Part shown: piece by piece, positions 1 through 12,274 of the stretch
Layout of the letters: each line of letters opens with the position of its first letter
Position numbering within the stretch: the first letter of the stretch is position 1
Origin: Kipferlia bialata
Taxonomy: Eukaryota
Assembly: GCA_003568945.1 (NCBI GenBank)
Contig: BDIP01000026.1
Span: 7,752-42,846, forward strand
Length of the DNA: 35,095 nt
Direction of reading: 5' to 3'
The notes under the pieces: generated by a model
What the model saw: the letters and a program-made list of their open reading frames with translations, nothing else
Databases searched by the model: none
Told to the model about the DNA's origin: nothing
Position numbers and translations under genes: made by a program

Positions 1-54
1 GGCTTCCCCCCCCCCCCTGTTTTTCCCCCCCCCCCCCCCCCCTCTGACCTTCAG

Positions 55-3000
55 ATGACCGAGCCGTACAGACCCAGCCAGGCCAGGAGGCATATTGGCA
101 CTGTCAGGAGGGATGAGTCTCAGTCCAGTGTGGAGGTGGTGGGGGAGAGCGGGCCTACATTCACCGCTCGTAGAAGCCGTACATCACAGAGGCGGTGCTC
201 GAAGTCTAATGCCGCAAACAACTCCCGGGGTTTCATGCATGCTGCCATGGAGGCGGAGGGAGATGGGACTGGGATCTATGTCCCCGGTGCCCAGGGAGAT
301 AGGGATGGGTCTAGATGGACTAGGCGGAGGAAGGGTGCAGGCAACGGGGTAGGGCTGGTGAAGACAAGGGCGACATCTAGGGGGGAGAGAGCGGCTAGTG
401 TGAAGGCACAGGAGCGTGTCGAGGCAGCACTGGTGGATAGTGGGGAGAGACCCCATGATAGCATAGGGTGGGAGAGCACTGCAGGATGGGACGCGTTAGC
501 GGAGCAGTGCGATGGAGATCTGAAGGATGGGACAGGAGACGATGCATTCAGCCAGGTCAGCACTGCGGCCCCTCCCCTGACGCCTGTGGCTGGCAATGAG
601 TGGGGGACACACATGCAGGCAGGTGCTATAGACCCTGACCCTGACACTGTGCCTGTGTCCCAGCTGTCTGACATGGACCTCATCTCCCAGTCCCCATCCC
701 AGTCGCCCAGGGTCTCGACCCGTGACTCTCCCAGGGCATCCTCTCTTGACCAGCCAGGATATAAGGAGATGACGCTGACGGAGGTGTGTGGCTCAACATT
801 GGGCGGCACTGACTACACATCAGTTATGTCCCATGGCCTAGACTCCTTTCCCAAGGGGTCTCTCGTGCTATCCACTCAGAGTGAGGCAGAGGCAGAGGCA
901 GAGGGAGGGGGAGGGGGAGAGGGAGATGGAGAGCCCTTGGAGGCAGGGGTTGCTGTTGAAGACCCAGTGACCATGGCTAGAGGGGTGAGGTTTAAGGGGG
1001 GTCCAGTCCCTGACCCTCTGACCAGGGGTGTGAGTGCCATTGGGCCATGCCATGTGGATGGGTATGAGGGTGTCTCAGGGCAGTCAGTGGCAGGCATATT
1101 CATTGAGGGTGCCATGGGACAGCCCAGCAAGAAGCCCAGGAACATGTCGTATAAGAAAAAACACGGCATTTCTGCCTTACCCCCTGGGACCCCCTCCACC
1201 CCCTGTGTAGATTCCCCGACAGGCGGTCCTGTGAGTCCTCCGAGCAAGAGGCCGGGGGCGGTGTCTCCCTCCCCTTCTCTCTCCCCCCTTCTCTCTGGGA
1301 GACAGGGGAAGGCGGTGACGGGGATTAGGACGCCACATCTGTGTGCAGAGGCTTCTCCCGTTAACGAGACCCCAAGGGGCAGAGGCACACCAAGGGGCAG
1401 AGACAGGCCGAGTGCCATCAACAGTCACAGGGCAGCCCCAAGAGAGAAGGCGCCGGGTAGGGAGGCAGCCGATTTATTCAGTGAGGAGGAACAGGAGAGA
1501 GAGGAGTCGTCCTCAGAGTCAGACTCTGAGCCTCAGCGTCGCAGTTGTCGTGCTCGGAAGAAAACTCCAGTGAAGATGCACTCTACTCCCGTCTCAAGAT
1601 ATGGTAGACGCACTGCCTCTGTCAGTAAGTCTGTCAAGAAGCTGGGTTCCAGTGCCAAGTCCATAGCTGACTTTGACGATCTTAATGCTGCGTCGTCCCC
1701 GACCCCCGCGGTCCAGAAGCGTACTCCACGTGGGGCCCCACCTATGTGGGGAGCGGTGATAACGTCCGAGGATACCTATATGTCTCCTATCCATACACCT
1801 GGCGGTCCTAGAAATACACCTACTAAGCCCAAAGGTGGTCCCCGTCGGCGCAGGGGTAGCGTGCTTGGTCGTGGGGAACATGTTGGAGGGGGTCATTGGG
1901 GAGGCAGAAGTGGTAAGTCCAAGGGTCAGATGTTCATCGGCCGGCCTAAGTGGTGGAGTGTGGAGGGGTGCAGAGAGGCTGTGGAGAAGAAGCTTGTGCG
2001 TGCGTCGTGGCAGGACGCCTCTCTGCTGCTGGTACCCGTGTGTCACGATGTGCACTGGACACTGGCCATCATATCCAACCCACGCGCCAAGGACCATGCT
2101 CCCAAGGGGCGGGAGGGGGCAGAGGCCCCCGTCCCTGCTGGTGTATCCACTACCAGGGAGGACAAGGAAGGTGCCAGTGATGGGGGTGCACTTGGGCAGG
2201 GAGAGGCTGTACCTGAGGGGGTGTCTGAGGCCCAGCCCTCTGATGCACACCCCGAGGTAGAGACAGGGGGTGAAGGGGGTGCCGTCGGAGAGGGTGACGT
2301 GTCTCCCTCTGACTCTGTCTCCGACTGTCATCTCCTGGCACAGCGTCTGGGTGAGTGTGTCCTGTGGGTGGACAGTGTGGACTCCCCACCCCCAGTCCAT
2401 GTGCTAGAGTCGGTCAGGTACAGCACCCTCCTGGATACATGTCTTTATATACTGTTCCACCAGCCCTAATCCCCCTATACTCACCCCCAGGCTCCTTGCC
2501 GACATCGTGTTCCACCCCAGAGAGGAGGTGGAGGCTAAGAGGAGGGCACGGAGAGAGAGGGCGGAGAAGAAACTGGCAGCGGCCAAGGCACAGACTGAGA
2601 CAGCGACAGAGACAGAGACTGAGGCCAAGGAGGAGACCGATTCCCTGATATCCCTGGCACCTGTGGAGACTAGTGAGCAAATAGGAACTGTAGCGCCTGT
2701 TGCCACTGGACAGTCTGAGGTGGCAGTGCCGGATGAGAAGGCCAGTGCAGTGCCGAGCACTGAGGTACCTGCTGTTCAGTCATCAGAGGAGAAGGGTAGG
2801 GAGGCGGACGGTGGGCAACCACAACCACCGACTCTCGGCACCACCCCTGACGCTGATGTTACACTCGCCCCTCTTGACCAGTGCACTCCTGAGGAGTCTA
2901 CATCTCCTTCAATCTCTCCCTCCCCCTCTGCTCCCTCCCCCCTCCCTACCGATACAGGGAGTGGGGATGTGCTGATGGAGGGGGTTCAGTCAGAGGGGGA

Positions 3001-5177
3001 GCACATGGTAGAGGGAGAGGCAGCGACTGAGGCAGAGGCAGAGTCACTACCTGCCACCAGTGTCCCCCCTGTGCCATCACTGCCCACAGAGAGCATACAC
3101 TCTGAGAGCATACCCTCTGAGAGCATAGCGTCTGAGACCACTCTCCCACCTGACAGCATTGCCATCCGCCTCCCCGAGTCCTCTCTTCCCACTGATGCTG
3201 ACAGTGATGCTGCTGGTGTCGCTGTTCTACAGGATATACCCCCATCCAACCCTGTCCTTCCCACCTCACCTGTGAAGGATCACAGTGCCAGTAGTGCCAG
3301 TAGTGACGACCCTCATACACACCAGCCCCCCACCATCCTGTACCCTGCTGGTTCCGTTTCTTATTCCATGCCAGATTGCACCTCCCCTTACGCAGCCAGC
3401 AAGGGTCCGGGTGTAGTGGCTCAACCGCTGCGGCTGAGCCCAGAGCAGTCTGCGTCGCTCGAGCCTGGGGCAGAGGCAGAGGGAACCCCTGCTATACTAT
3501 GTGAGGGAGGGGAGGCTGATGACGCTGATGAGAGTGAGAGTACAGACCTGGTGGAAGAGCCCCCCGAGGAGGAGGCATCTGCAGGAGATGCTATAGAGGA
3601 GGATGTCAGCACTGCCAGTGGTGCCGAGGGGGCTGAGGGTGAGAGCTCTTCTGAGCCGTCCATCTCTCCCTCTCCCTCTCCCCTGGCCTCTACCCCTGAG
3701 GAGGAGGGTGGGGTAGCACTACCCGTGCCAGAGACTGTGAAGCCTGTAGAGACAGCACAGGACAGTGTCAACAACAGTGTCAGTGTCAAGTCGGCCGGGG
3801 TGGCTGAGAGAGAAGAGACTGAGGCCTGCGCTGAGAGGGCAAGCCCTGCAGACTTGGCAATGGTGCCCAGTGGTGAGGGGGATGCCGTGGAAGAGTCTAC
3901 TGAGCCATCGATATCGCCCTCTCCCCCACCGCCCCCTCCCGAGACATCCACTGCTGAGGCTGAGGCTGAGACAGTTGCAGAGACGAAGGCAGATACTGGT
4001 GATGAGCCTGAGGCTGCTGCTGATGCACCTCCCAACAAGAGTGACGGTGACGGTGTCGAGAGACTGCCCACTGCCGAGACACCAGAGGCAATAGCAGGTG
4101 CCGTGGGCAACAGTGAGGTCCCTGCCGCAGAGGGTGTTCAATGCACTGGTGTAGAGGGAGACACACCGATGGGAGACACCCCTATGGCCGATGAGGAGAT
4201 ACCCAGTGGAGATATCCCTATGGATGGGGGTGCAGGGGAGGGAGAGAAGGAGGAGCTGGGAGGAGAGACAGGTGAGCAGGATGGTGCTGCCACCCCTTCC
4301 ACCCCTGAGCCCATGCCCCGGCCTCTCCCTGGGTCTGACCTTTCCCCCCTCCCCCTGGCTCTTGTCAAGGCATGTGCCCTAGACGGCATGCCAGACATGC
4401 ACCAGGTGTATGGCCATGAGGAGACTGCAGAGGCTGAGAGCATAGTCCCTAGACAGAAGAAGCCCCGAGACGTGCTCCATGCTAACAATGTGGCACCTGC
4501 CTTTGCCATCAGGGCTCCCATACAGGTGCCAACCATATATATCATGTACAAGTGCCAACTGGGTGGTGTGGTTGCCGAATATCAGTTGCTCTCTCTCCTC
4601 TCTCCCCCTTACACCCAGGACAATGCCGTTGACTGTGGGATGGTGGTCATCACCTGTGGGTACATGATAATGAGGTACAGACAGAGGGGTGCAACGCGCT
4701 CATGATACCTGTGCATACTGATGTATTCACACACTCATGTGTTGCTCTTCCACGTTGCATCTCTGTTGTCATGCCTTTGTGAGATATCTGCTTCTCTTCT
4801 GTCCTTTCCGACTATCTGTCCTACTATCTGTCTGTCTGTCTGTGTCTGTCTGACACTCCAGGGGCCATCCTCCACCCGGCTTCGTCCCCCTCCGCAGCTC
4901 TGAGCCTACCTTCCCCACCAGAAAGGACCTGATGTCTTTGAGGGGTGACCCCCTGCCTGCGTATGGGAGGGGGTGCTTCAAGTGCAAGGCACTGCCCTAT
5001 GCCTCGTGGAGACAGTGGTTCAAGATGCCCTTTGTGCGGCAGATGCGGTACCTGCTGGTGCTAGAGACTGCCATGCTCGTAGATGCAGGGGTGGACCCCG
5101 CTGTGGACAGACAGGAGATGGTACCCATGGCACATGACCTCGATGAGTCAGAGGTCGACTTCGAGATATTGGAGTGA
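55..5177 (+). CDS. Ulp1/SENP-family (peptidase C48) SUMO/ubiquitin-like protease, probably 5'-partial; exons 55-2417, 2491-4525, 4619-4674, 4862-5177
   Basis: Motifs LLLVPVCHDVHWTLAIISNP (catalytic His, 2053), LWVDS (Asp, 2371) and, after removing the in-frame 93-nt intron 4526-4618, APIQ|DNAVDCG (Gln...Cys, 4634), matching the C48 HW / D / QxNxxDCG signature. GT-AG introns 2418-2490, 4526-4618 and 4675-4861 join ORFs 55, 2507 and 4932 in frame. The ATG at 55 directly follows ctgaccttcag, which looks like a splice acceptor. Confidence 0.8.
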
Positions 5178-5405
5178 TAGGGTGGGTCCATATGTGTATG
5201 TGCAATGGGGTGCTGTGAGGTAGTGTCTGACTTGGCTGTGGAGTCCTACGGTGTATTCTGCCAGTAGGACCCTGTTGTTGTCAGTGATTGGGTGGGATTG
5301 ATGGGTATCTTTTGAGTTTTAAGTGTTTGTTTGAGTGTTTATCCCTGACGTCCCTTCTGCTCTGTGGTGTTGCATCATATCATCAGTGTATCAGTGTATC
5401 AGTGT

Positions 5406-5419
5406 ATTCAATAGACACC
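5406..5419 (+). promoter_or_regulatory. Candidate polyadenylation signal ATTCAATAGACACC
   Basis: An identical 14-mer lies downstream of the giant gene stop (34480-34493), and AATAGA lies downstream of the minus-strand gene stop (5546-5541). Confidence 0.45.
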
Positions 5420-5560
5420 GCAGAGTTACTCCGGCGAAATTGAAGTTCATATGGATATCTATATGATATATCCATATTATATACCCATACATCCTGAGCT
5501 AGACTTTCATTCTAGTGTTCGGAAATGACACGACTTATGCTCTATTATACACTCTCTCTA

Positions 5561-7476
5561 TCACTGCGCCCAACCATGCTGTGAGACCTGGTGACCCTCT
5601 CCCCCTTCCTCTCTGTCCTCTGAGGCAGTGCCTACCAGAGGCTCTATATCAAGGGCTGGATACCCCATGGCTAGGGGTGCCCCCATGTGAAGTGAGGCAG
5701 TCTGCCCCATACCCAGGCCTAGCCCCAGGGTATAACCCTGTGAGTCGGGGTCGGGAGTGTATATACTGGCCTCGCCGAGGCCCAGACCAGCTGTTGAGGG
5801 TGCAGGTACTGGCTGTAGGGGGTAGCCAGATACAGACTCTGAGACGGAAGAGGGGTGCCTGGGGTGGGCAAAACAACAGAGAAAAGGGAACAACTGACCT
5901 CCCTGTCCATCTCTTGAACCACTCTTGCCAAGTATATGAAGTATCTATAACATAGTATGTTAAACATACCTAGTAGGGGTGGCAAGGGGGGCACACACAG
6001 CTGGAGAACCAAATTGAGGCATGGATGTGACACTCTCAGCGAACCCTTGCAACACGGCAGACACCCCTCCAACCCCTGGGTCCCCCATGTATGAGCCCCG
6101 TCTCTTGGGGGAGGGGACAGGGGTGCTGACCTGCTTGAAGGGAGGCGTGTGGGCTGCTCTCTTATGCACAGACCCAGGCCACTCAGAATCCTCACTGCCC
6201 TCTCTCTCTCTCTCTGTTTCTGTCTCTCCCTCACCGCCAACAGAGCTCTCTGTACTCCCACCCTCATCTGAGCTATACCCACTCTCCTCTATCGCCCTCT
6301 CACTCAATCTGTCCATGGTTTCCCTCAGCTTCAGGTCGAGCCTCCTGTTCCGATCCTTCAGCCTCTCTCCCTCCTTCTGCAGCCTCGCAATGTCTATACC
6401 GGCCCCCCTGAGCTGCCCCTTCAGTTCAGCTATCTGCGCATCCCTCTCGGCAATCAGGACGTCTCTCTTGTCCAGCTCCCCCTGTAGCGGCATCTCAGGC
6501 GGGGCCTCCCCAGCAAGCACCTTCCCAAACTGTGTGTACATGTCAGCCATCCTCCCCTTCACGGAGTCCTTCTCAGCCTGTAGCTGCACCCTAATGCCCT
6601 CCCTCCCAGCCTCAGCCGCAGTCTTCTTAGCTACCATGTCCTTGTACAGACCACGCATACGCTCGTACTGCTGCTGCTTCTGCTTCAGGCCCTCTCTCTC
6701 TCCCTCTAACGCTACCTGTAGGTTGTGGGTCTCCTCTGCATGTCTCTTCTTGAGAGAGGCCTGCTCCGCTTTGTGCTCCTCCTCCCTATCTCGCAGAGTG
6801 GCACACAGTCTCTCCAGGTATGCCAGCCGGAGGCCCTCCCCCTCGGGCTTGGGGTCTCTGCCACTGCCACTCCCACTGCCATTGGTGTTGGAACTTGGAT
6901 CAGAAGGTGTGTGCCGGGGGTAGAGCGGGTGGAGCGGCCCCACTGTTCCCCCTCCCCTCCACTCTATGCTGGCTGCAGTGTTCCTGAGAGAGGTGGATAC
7001 AGAGAAGCCAGTGAGGGTCGTGTGCTGTAGGTCGTCGGGCACTACACCCCCCTCTCCACCCACCCCAGGGACATGTGACACATTCACAGAGACAGGACCC
7101 AGCGGGAGGAGAGAACGGGACCGAGAGGGCACAGGAAGGGTCCGCTCTAGGGCTGTGACGCGGTGGAGGTCCCGGAGAGAGTCGGGAGTGGGTCCACTAG
7201 AGAGAACAACTCGGGGAAAGGAGCCTGAATGGAAGAGAGAGGGTGGAAATGATAGGGAGGGAGAGAGAGAGCGAGAGCGAGAGCGAGAGAGAGAGCGAAA
7301 GAGAGAGAGAGAGAGAATTCTTTTCTCTCTGAATCAATAATACATGTGGAAGTCCATTGCAGGATGCTAACACATACACATACACAAAGGGAATCATGTA
7401 GCAGAAGAGACAATCAGAATGGTCCCATACCTTGATCCAGGTTCCGGTCCCCGTCACTGTTTCTCTCCCTCTCCAT
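5561..7476 (-). CDS. Hypothetical coiled-coil protein (about 532 aa); exons 7476-7431, 7224-5970, 5858-5561
   Basis: ORF 5960-7132 has a long E/K/R/L heptad-like region (LAYLERLCATLRDREEEHK...LKLRETMDRL). The frame stays open up to the acceptor ccattcag at 7225. GT-AG introns 7430-7225 and 5969-5859 join an ATG at 7476 and ORF 5561-5893 in frame (1599 nt total). The start is uncertain because the ATG also follows a possible acceptor (ttgcag). Confidence 0.6.
7256..7316 (+). repeat. (GA)n/(GAGCGA)n microsatellite inside an intron of the minus-strand gene
   Basis: Directly visible; reads as a CT tract on the transcribed strand. Confidence 0.9.
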
Positions 7477-7691
7477 CTGCAATAGGTCTCAGATAAGGCG
7501 ACCCCCCTACCTCTGACCCTAGCGACCTCAGAGTGGATCGAAGAAGGACGCTGACCCCAACGGATTTCACAGACCAGGAAAGGGTGTAGACGTGTTGTTG
7601 AGGAAAAAGCAATGACTATGTCAGACGGGGTCACTCTTTAGGCAAGACCAATACCCAAAGACAGTGCTATTTGCTTCCCCGAGTCCTTGAT
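7477..7691. promoter_or_regulatory. Short putative bidirectional promoter region
   Basis: 215 bp between divergent predicted ATGs (7476 on -, 7692 on +). No specific element recognised. Confidence 0.35.
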
Positions 7692-8167
7692 ATGGTAGAG
7701 AATGAGGTGGGTTACCTCATTGTTACCCTGTTTCATTATGTGTGGTGTTGTTGGACTATATATGTCAACTTAATCCACACTGATATATGACATGGTGACT
7801 CTCTACTTCCATTACTCACCCAAGGCTGATGCTAAGCTGGTCCGGAAGGATTTCGGTCAGCGTGTGCAGCTAGTGCATACCATCCAGGCCATCCTGCAGG
7901 TATGATACAGTGCTAGATACGATATGCTCTCTGACATGAATATATCCTTGACATATGTACTCTCAGTATCTCTTGTAATAACCTCTGCAGTATGTTATAA
8001 ACCTGAGTTGTCACTAACCGAATCAGAAGTACCCCCTAGGCCCCCAAATCATACTGGAGCTGGCCCAGAACGCAGATGACGCCCGTGCTTCCGCCTTCGC
8101 GGTGTTTATAGACCACACCAGCTACGGGGACGAGAATATCTTGGAGCCCACGCTCAAGTGCCAGCAG
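7692..8167 (+). CDS. Sacsin-like protein, N-terminal part of the SR1/GHKL(HSP90-like) ATP-binding-type domain; 3'-partial; exons 7692-7706, 7825-7899, 8027-8167
   Basis: Spliced translation MVENE|ADAKLVRKDFGQRVQLVHTIQAILQ|KYPLGPQIILELAQNADDARASAFAVFIDHTSYGDENILEPTLKCQQ matches the sacsin repeat start (FGQxxxLxxxIxxILxxYPxGxxILxELxQNADDA...Q). All introns are phase 0 GT-AG. The next intron (gtacat at 8168) runs into the N gap. Confidence 0.8.
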
Positions 8168-8179
8168 GTACATCATCTC

Positions 8180-8223
<44 letters not shown>

Positions 8224-8238
8224 CCCCTCCCCACCCCC

Positions 8239-8609
8239 NNNNNNNNNNNNNNNNNNNNNNNNNNNNNNNNNNNNNNNNNNNNNNNNNNNNNNNNNNNNNN
8301 NNNNNNNNNNNNNNNNNNNNNNNNNNNNNNNNNNNNNNNNNNNNNNNNNNNNNNNNNNNNNNNNNNNNNNNNNNNNNNNNNNNNNNNNNNNNNNNNNNNN
8401 NNNNNNNNNNNNNNNNNNNNNNNNNNNNNNNNNNNNNNNNNNNNNNNNNNNNNNNNNNNNNNNNNNNNNNNNNNNNNNNNNNNNNNNNNNNNNNNNNNNN
8501 NNNNNNNNNNNNNNNNNNNNNNNNNNNNNNNNNNNNNNNNNNNNNNNNNNNNNNNNNNNNNNNNNNNNNNNNNNNNNNNNNNNNNNNNNNNNNNNNNNNN
8601 NNNNNNNNN
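8239..8609. other. Assembly gap (371 N) flanked by poly-C tracts
   Basis: Run of N with long C homopolymers on both sides. Similar poly-C tracts lie at both window ends. Confidence 0.98.
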
Positions 8610-8751
8610 GGGGGCCCCTCCATCCTTTCTCTCCCCCCCCCCCCCCCTTTAACTCCAGGGCTGGTGCCTTCATTCATATGTAGTCGTATTATATCCGTAT
8701 TTAGGTCTCCCTCTCCCTTTCTTCCTCTGTCTCTCCCCTCTTAACCCCTAG

Positions 8752-10633
8752 GACTGGCAACTCCATTTGCCCCCCTCCCATGTTAGGGGTGAGACCCTCA
8801 TAGCGCTTGTCACATACAGTGGCTATCATCAGGATATGACAGTGTACGTATATCTATATATATATAGTATATATGAAAATATGTGTTCGTATATGTATTT
8901 ATATATACTTATATGTATGTATAGAGTACTGGTGTGGTTGAGACATTCAGCACTGGCCACACACAGTGGGGCAGAGCGTGATATGGCAACAGTGTATGTA
9001 TACGTACATCTACATTCTCTGGTAATATCACCTCTCTCTGTCATTGGCTCTAGCTCTCTCTTCCTGATAATCAGCGGCCTCTGCTATTTAATATGTCATT
9101 ATTATTGTCTGTGTATTCAATGGTCATCTCTATCTCTCTCCCCCTGACCATCAGCAGTCTAACATTTACTGCTACTAGTGGTGAGCTGGAAGTCCCACTG
9201 GAGAGGGGAGGGGAGATTAGTGGAGGGGAAGGGAGAGGGGGAGAGGAATGGTTGTCGGAGGATATCGGGGACATGTTCTCAGAAGGTATGATATGAACGT
9301 ATATATATATGTATCCTCATGTGTTGGTAGCGACGGATATATATATATACTTATACAGAGATAGAGAGACGGGACATGCTGTCAAATGCAATTTCACATT
9401 GTACACTACTACTATGTCTCATTTCACGTTAGTCCCACACCAGGATTCTATACTGTCTCCCTCCTCGTAGATGGTGTACCCCTAGGAGTAGAGACATCAT
9501 TCCACGTGTATGAAGTTCCAGAGTGGGAGGGGGGGAGAGAGGGGGAGAGAGAAGAGTTAAGAGGACTATATGTCAAGGTATCAAACGTATTCAATCACTG
9601 TATTTACAATTTGATGTGTAATGTGTGCGTAGAGTGTATATGGTGCGTAGTGGGAAGAAGCAGTGGTACGTGAGGAGTATTGTATATTTCCCATAATTGT
9701 TATGTGTTTATCTCTTATGTCCAGGCCGGGGCATTGGGTCTTGATCTCCACTCCATGCCCTACACACATTTCATACTCATACGCTCTCTATATATCTATG
9801 CATATATCTAATTGTCAGGCTGTTGCTCTAGGATTGGTGCCTATACAATACTGTGTATAGTTATATTATACTATATATCCATAGAAGTATGTGTCTATTT
9901 TCAGGCCGTGGCATTGGGTCTCGACCCCCCCGCCATACCTACACGTCATTCATACACATACCCTCTCTCTGTATATATACTCATATCTAATGGTCAGGCC
10001 GTGGCATTGGGTCTCGATCCTCACTCCGTGTCCTACACATATGACACAGAGAGAGGGGAGATTGTGGTATCCCTACAAGAAGAGAGAGAGAGTGGGGAGG
10101 CTGGAGAGCTCTACCCAGGGTTTGCTGAGGTATGCTACTTACCCTGCCCCTTCATATATTCAATGTCTTTGATTCTGACAATCTCTCTCCTCTAGTTACT
10201 AGTGATCCGAACTATTCTCAGTTAGTGTCAGAGCAGTGGCCCTCTTCTTGTTGAACTCTCTCTCTCCCTATCAATCTGATTCTAGGTCAAGGAAACAGAT
10301 CCTTTGCTTGTCGGTGTCTTTGACCCTGACCATACCAAGATCACAGTCACATCGGACACAGCAGATGACCCAGTATCCATCTCTATCGACCTAAAGTGAG
10401 CACTATTGTGATCTATATATACTATACACTATTAGTACTCTGTCGAACTCAAGAAGATATATCAGTGTAAGAGATTGATGTTCTCATGCATCTCTCTCAC
10501 TCTCTGCCTTTGATACCTCTCCTTATCGACCTATATACATATAAATATATGTGTGTGTGTGTGTGTAAGTTCTTGTACTCTCTCACCTATATACATGTAC
10601 ATGGTGCTTCTGACTCCACAATAAATTCACTCT

Positions 10634-10673
<40 letters not shown>

Positions 10674-12236
10674 TCACCTTAGGGATGGTAATGGTGATCG
10701 CATGCTGCCCGACCATACCGTGTACATCAGGGTATGTATGTGAATGCATATACGTCTATCATGTGTCTCAATTATGGATCTGTGGGTACGTAGTGGAGAG
10801 TTGACATGGATATCCTAACCCTAGGTATTTTGGTCCAACCTGAATAACTACGGAGGCTCCCACTTGTGTGAGTACTCTGTTGATACAGAGAGATGGACCC
10901 CTGTATCTGAAGTGAATGTGACATCGACAGGGAACTTCTTCCTGTTCATCATACTGGATGGGGTCTTAGAGGTAAGAGTGTATTTGTATATGGTATATGT
11001 ATATATATATTCTGACCCCCTAGGCCACCACCACCATGGCTGGCTTCTCCCATAGTCACCATCTCCTACACTATATGTTACTACGTAATATGTATATATA
11101 CCCACTAACCTCCCAGGCCACCACCACCATGGCTGGCTTCTCCATCACCCATGGAGTGGCAGTGGAGGAGTTCAGTACTATACTGGAGGTATTTGTCGCA
11201 TGTGTTTACTCATCTGTATGTATTCATATATAAATATATAAGGGTGACGTATACATCACACATGGAGTGGCAGTGGAGGAGTTCAGTACTATCATAGAGG
11301 TATTTGTCGCATGTGTTTACTCATCTGTATGTATTCATATAGTAATATATAAGGGTGACTTATACATCACACATGGAGTGGCAGTGGAAGAGTTCATTAC
11401 CATATTGGAGGTATTTGTCACATGTGTTTACTCATCTGTATGTATTCATAAAGATATATATAAGTGTGACTTATACATCACACATGGAGTGGCGGTGGAG
11501 GAGTTCTGTACTTTCCTGGAGGTATGGTATGGTCTATGGCTATTAACATGGACACAATAATATGTTTGTATCATCTACAACTATATATATATACATCACA
11601 TGGAGTGACAGCGTGGGGTTCAGTACGAGGTGTGACGATGTACACTTGCCTAAGACTTCCCCTTCCATCTCTCTCTCTCATACACACGACTTCTAACTGT
11701 GGAATACCGGGACCTCTTCACACGTTTTCCTTCGTTCTCACTCTACATATTGAATTGTTCCCACTGTAATATTTACTATGTATATATTTGAAGTATTCTG
11801 TCTTTCACTAGGACAACCTCACCGCTATATACTTTGCTCTCTAACTCCAGACTAACCTCACTGGTCATGAGATTGGCACAGACCTGACTCTGTCCGCAGA
11901 GATGAAGGATGCATATGAGAACAAGGCATGTGTATGTCTCCCTCTCTGTGTACTTATATTCATTCATTTTCCGCACCTCACTATTAGGTCAAGACTGGAA
12001 CTGTCTCCATTGAGATTGTGTCCAACGATGCTGGGTATACTGGACTGACATCAATGGAAATGGAGCAGGTACACTTATGGATATATGTGTAATATTTGTT
12101 TTGTTCCTATATCTTATATATCAAGACGTTCGTGCCACGTACTTTACCTCTCTCTACACATTTGTGTCTCTTTGTCTGAATACATCAATTCATTATTACT
12201 ATGTATTGGATGCCGGTGCCACCTGGATATCACTCC

Positions 12237-12274
<38 letters not shown>

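Noticed and set aside
5449..5477. 10-bp inverted repeat (atatggatat/atatccatat) between the convergent genes
   Set aside because: AT-rich low-complexity sequence, likely chance; intrinsic terminators are not expected in a eukaryote.
5945..5969. Possible 25-nt GT-AG micro-intron on the minus strand
   Set aside because: A single intron 5969-5859 joins directly to the more coding-like frame of ORF 5561-5893; cannot be settled without RNA data.
6021..6923. 300-aa plus-strand ORF, and the many other antisense or alternate-frame ORFs over 184-4551 and 14800-31387
   Set aside because: Shadow ORFs of GC-rich coding sequence with no recognisable motifs.
8036..8683. Poly-Pro/poly-Gly ORFs across the gap
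   Set aside because: Artefacts of C homopolymers and N runs; only 8027-8167 is supported as coding.
11143..11630. Regularly spaced repeats resembling a CRISPR array
   Set aside because: The whole 111-bp unit is repeated with no unique spacers, the context is a eukaryotic intron and there are no cas genes.
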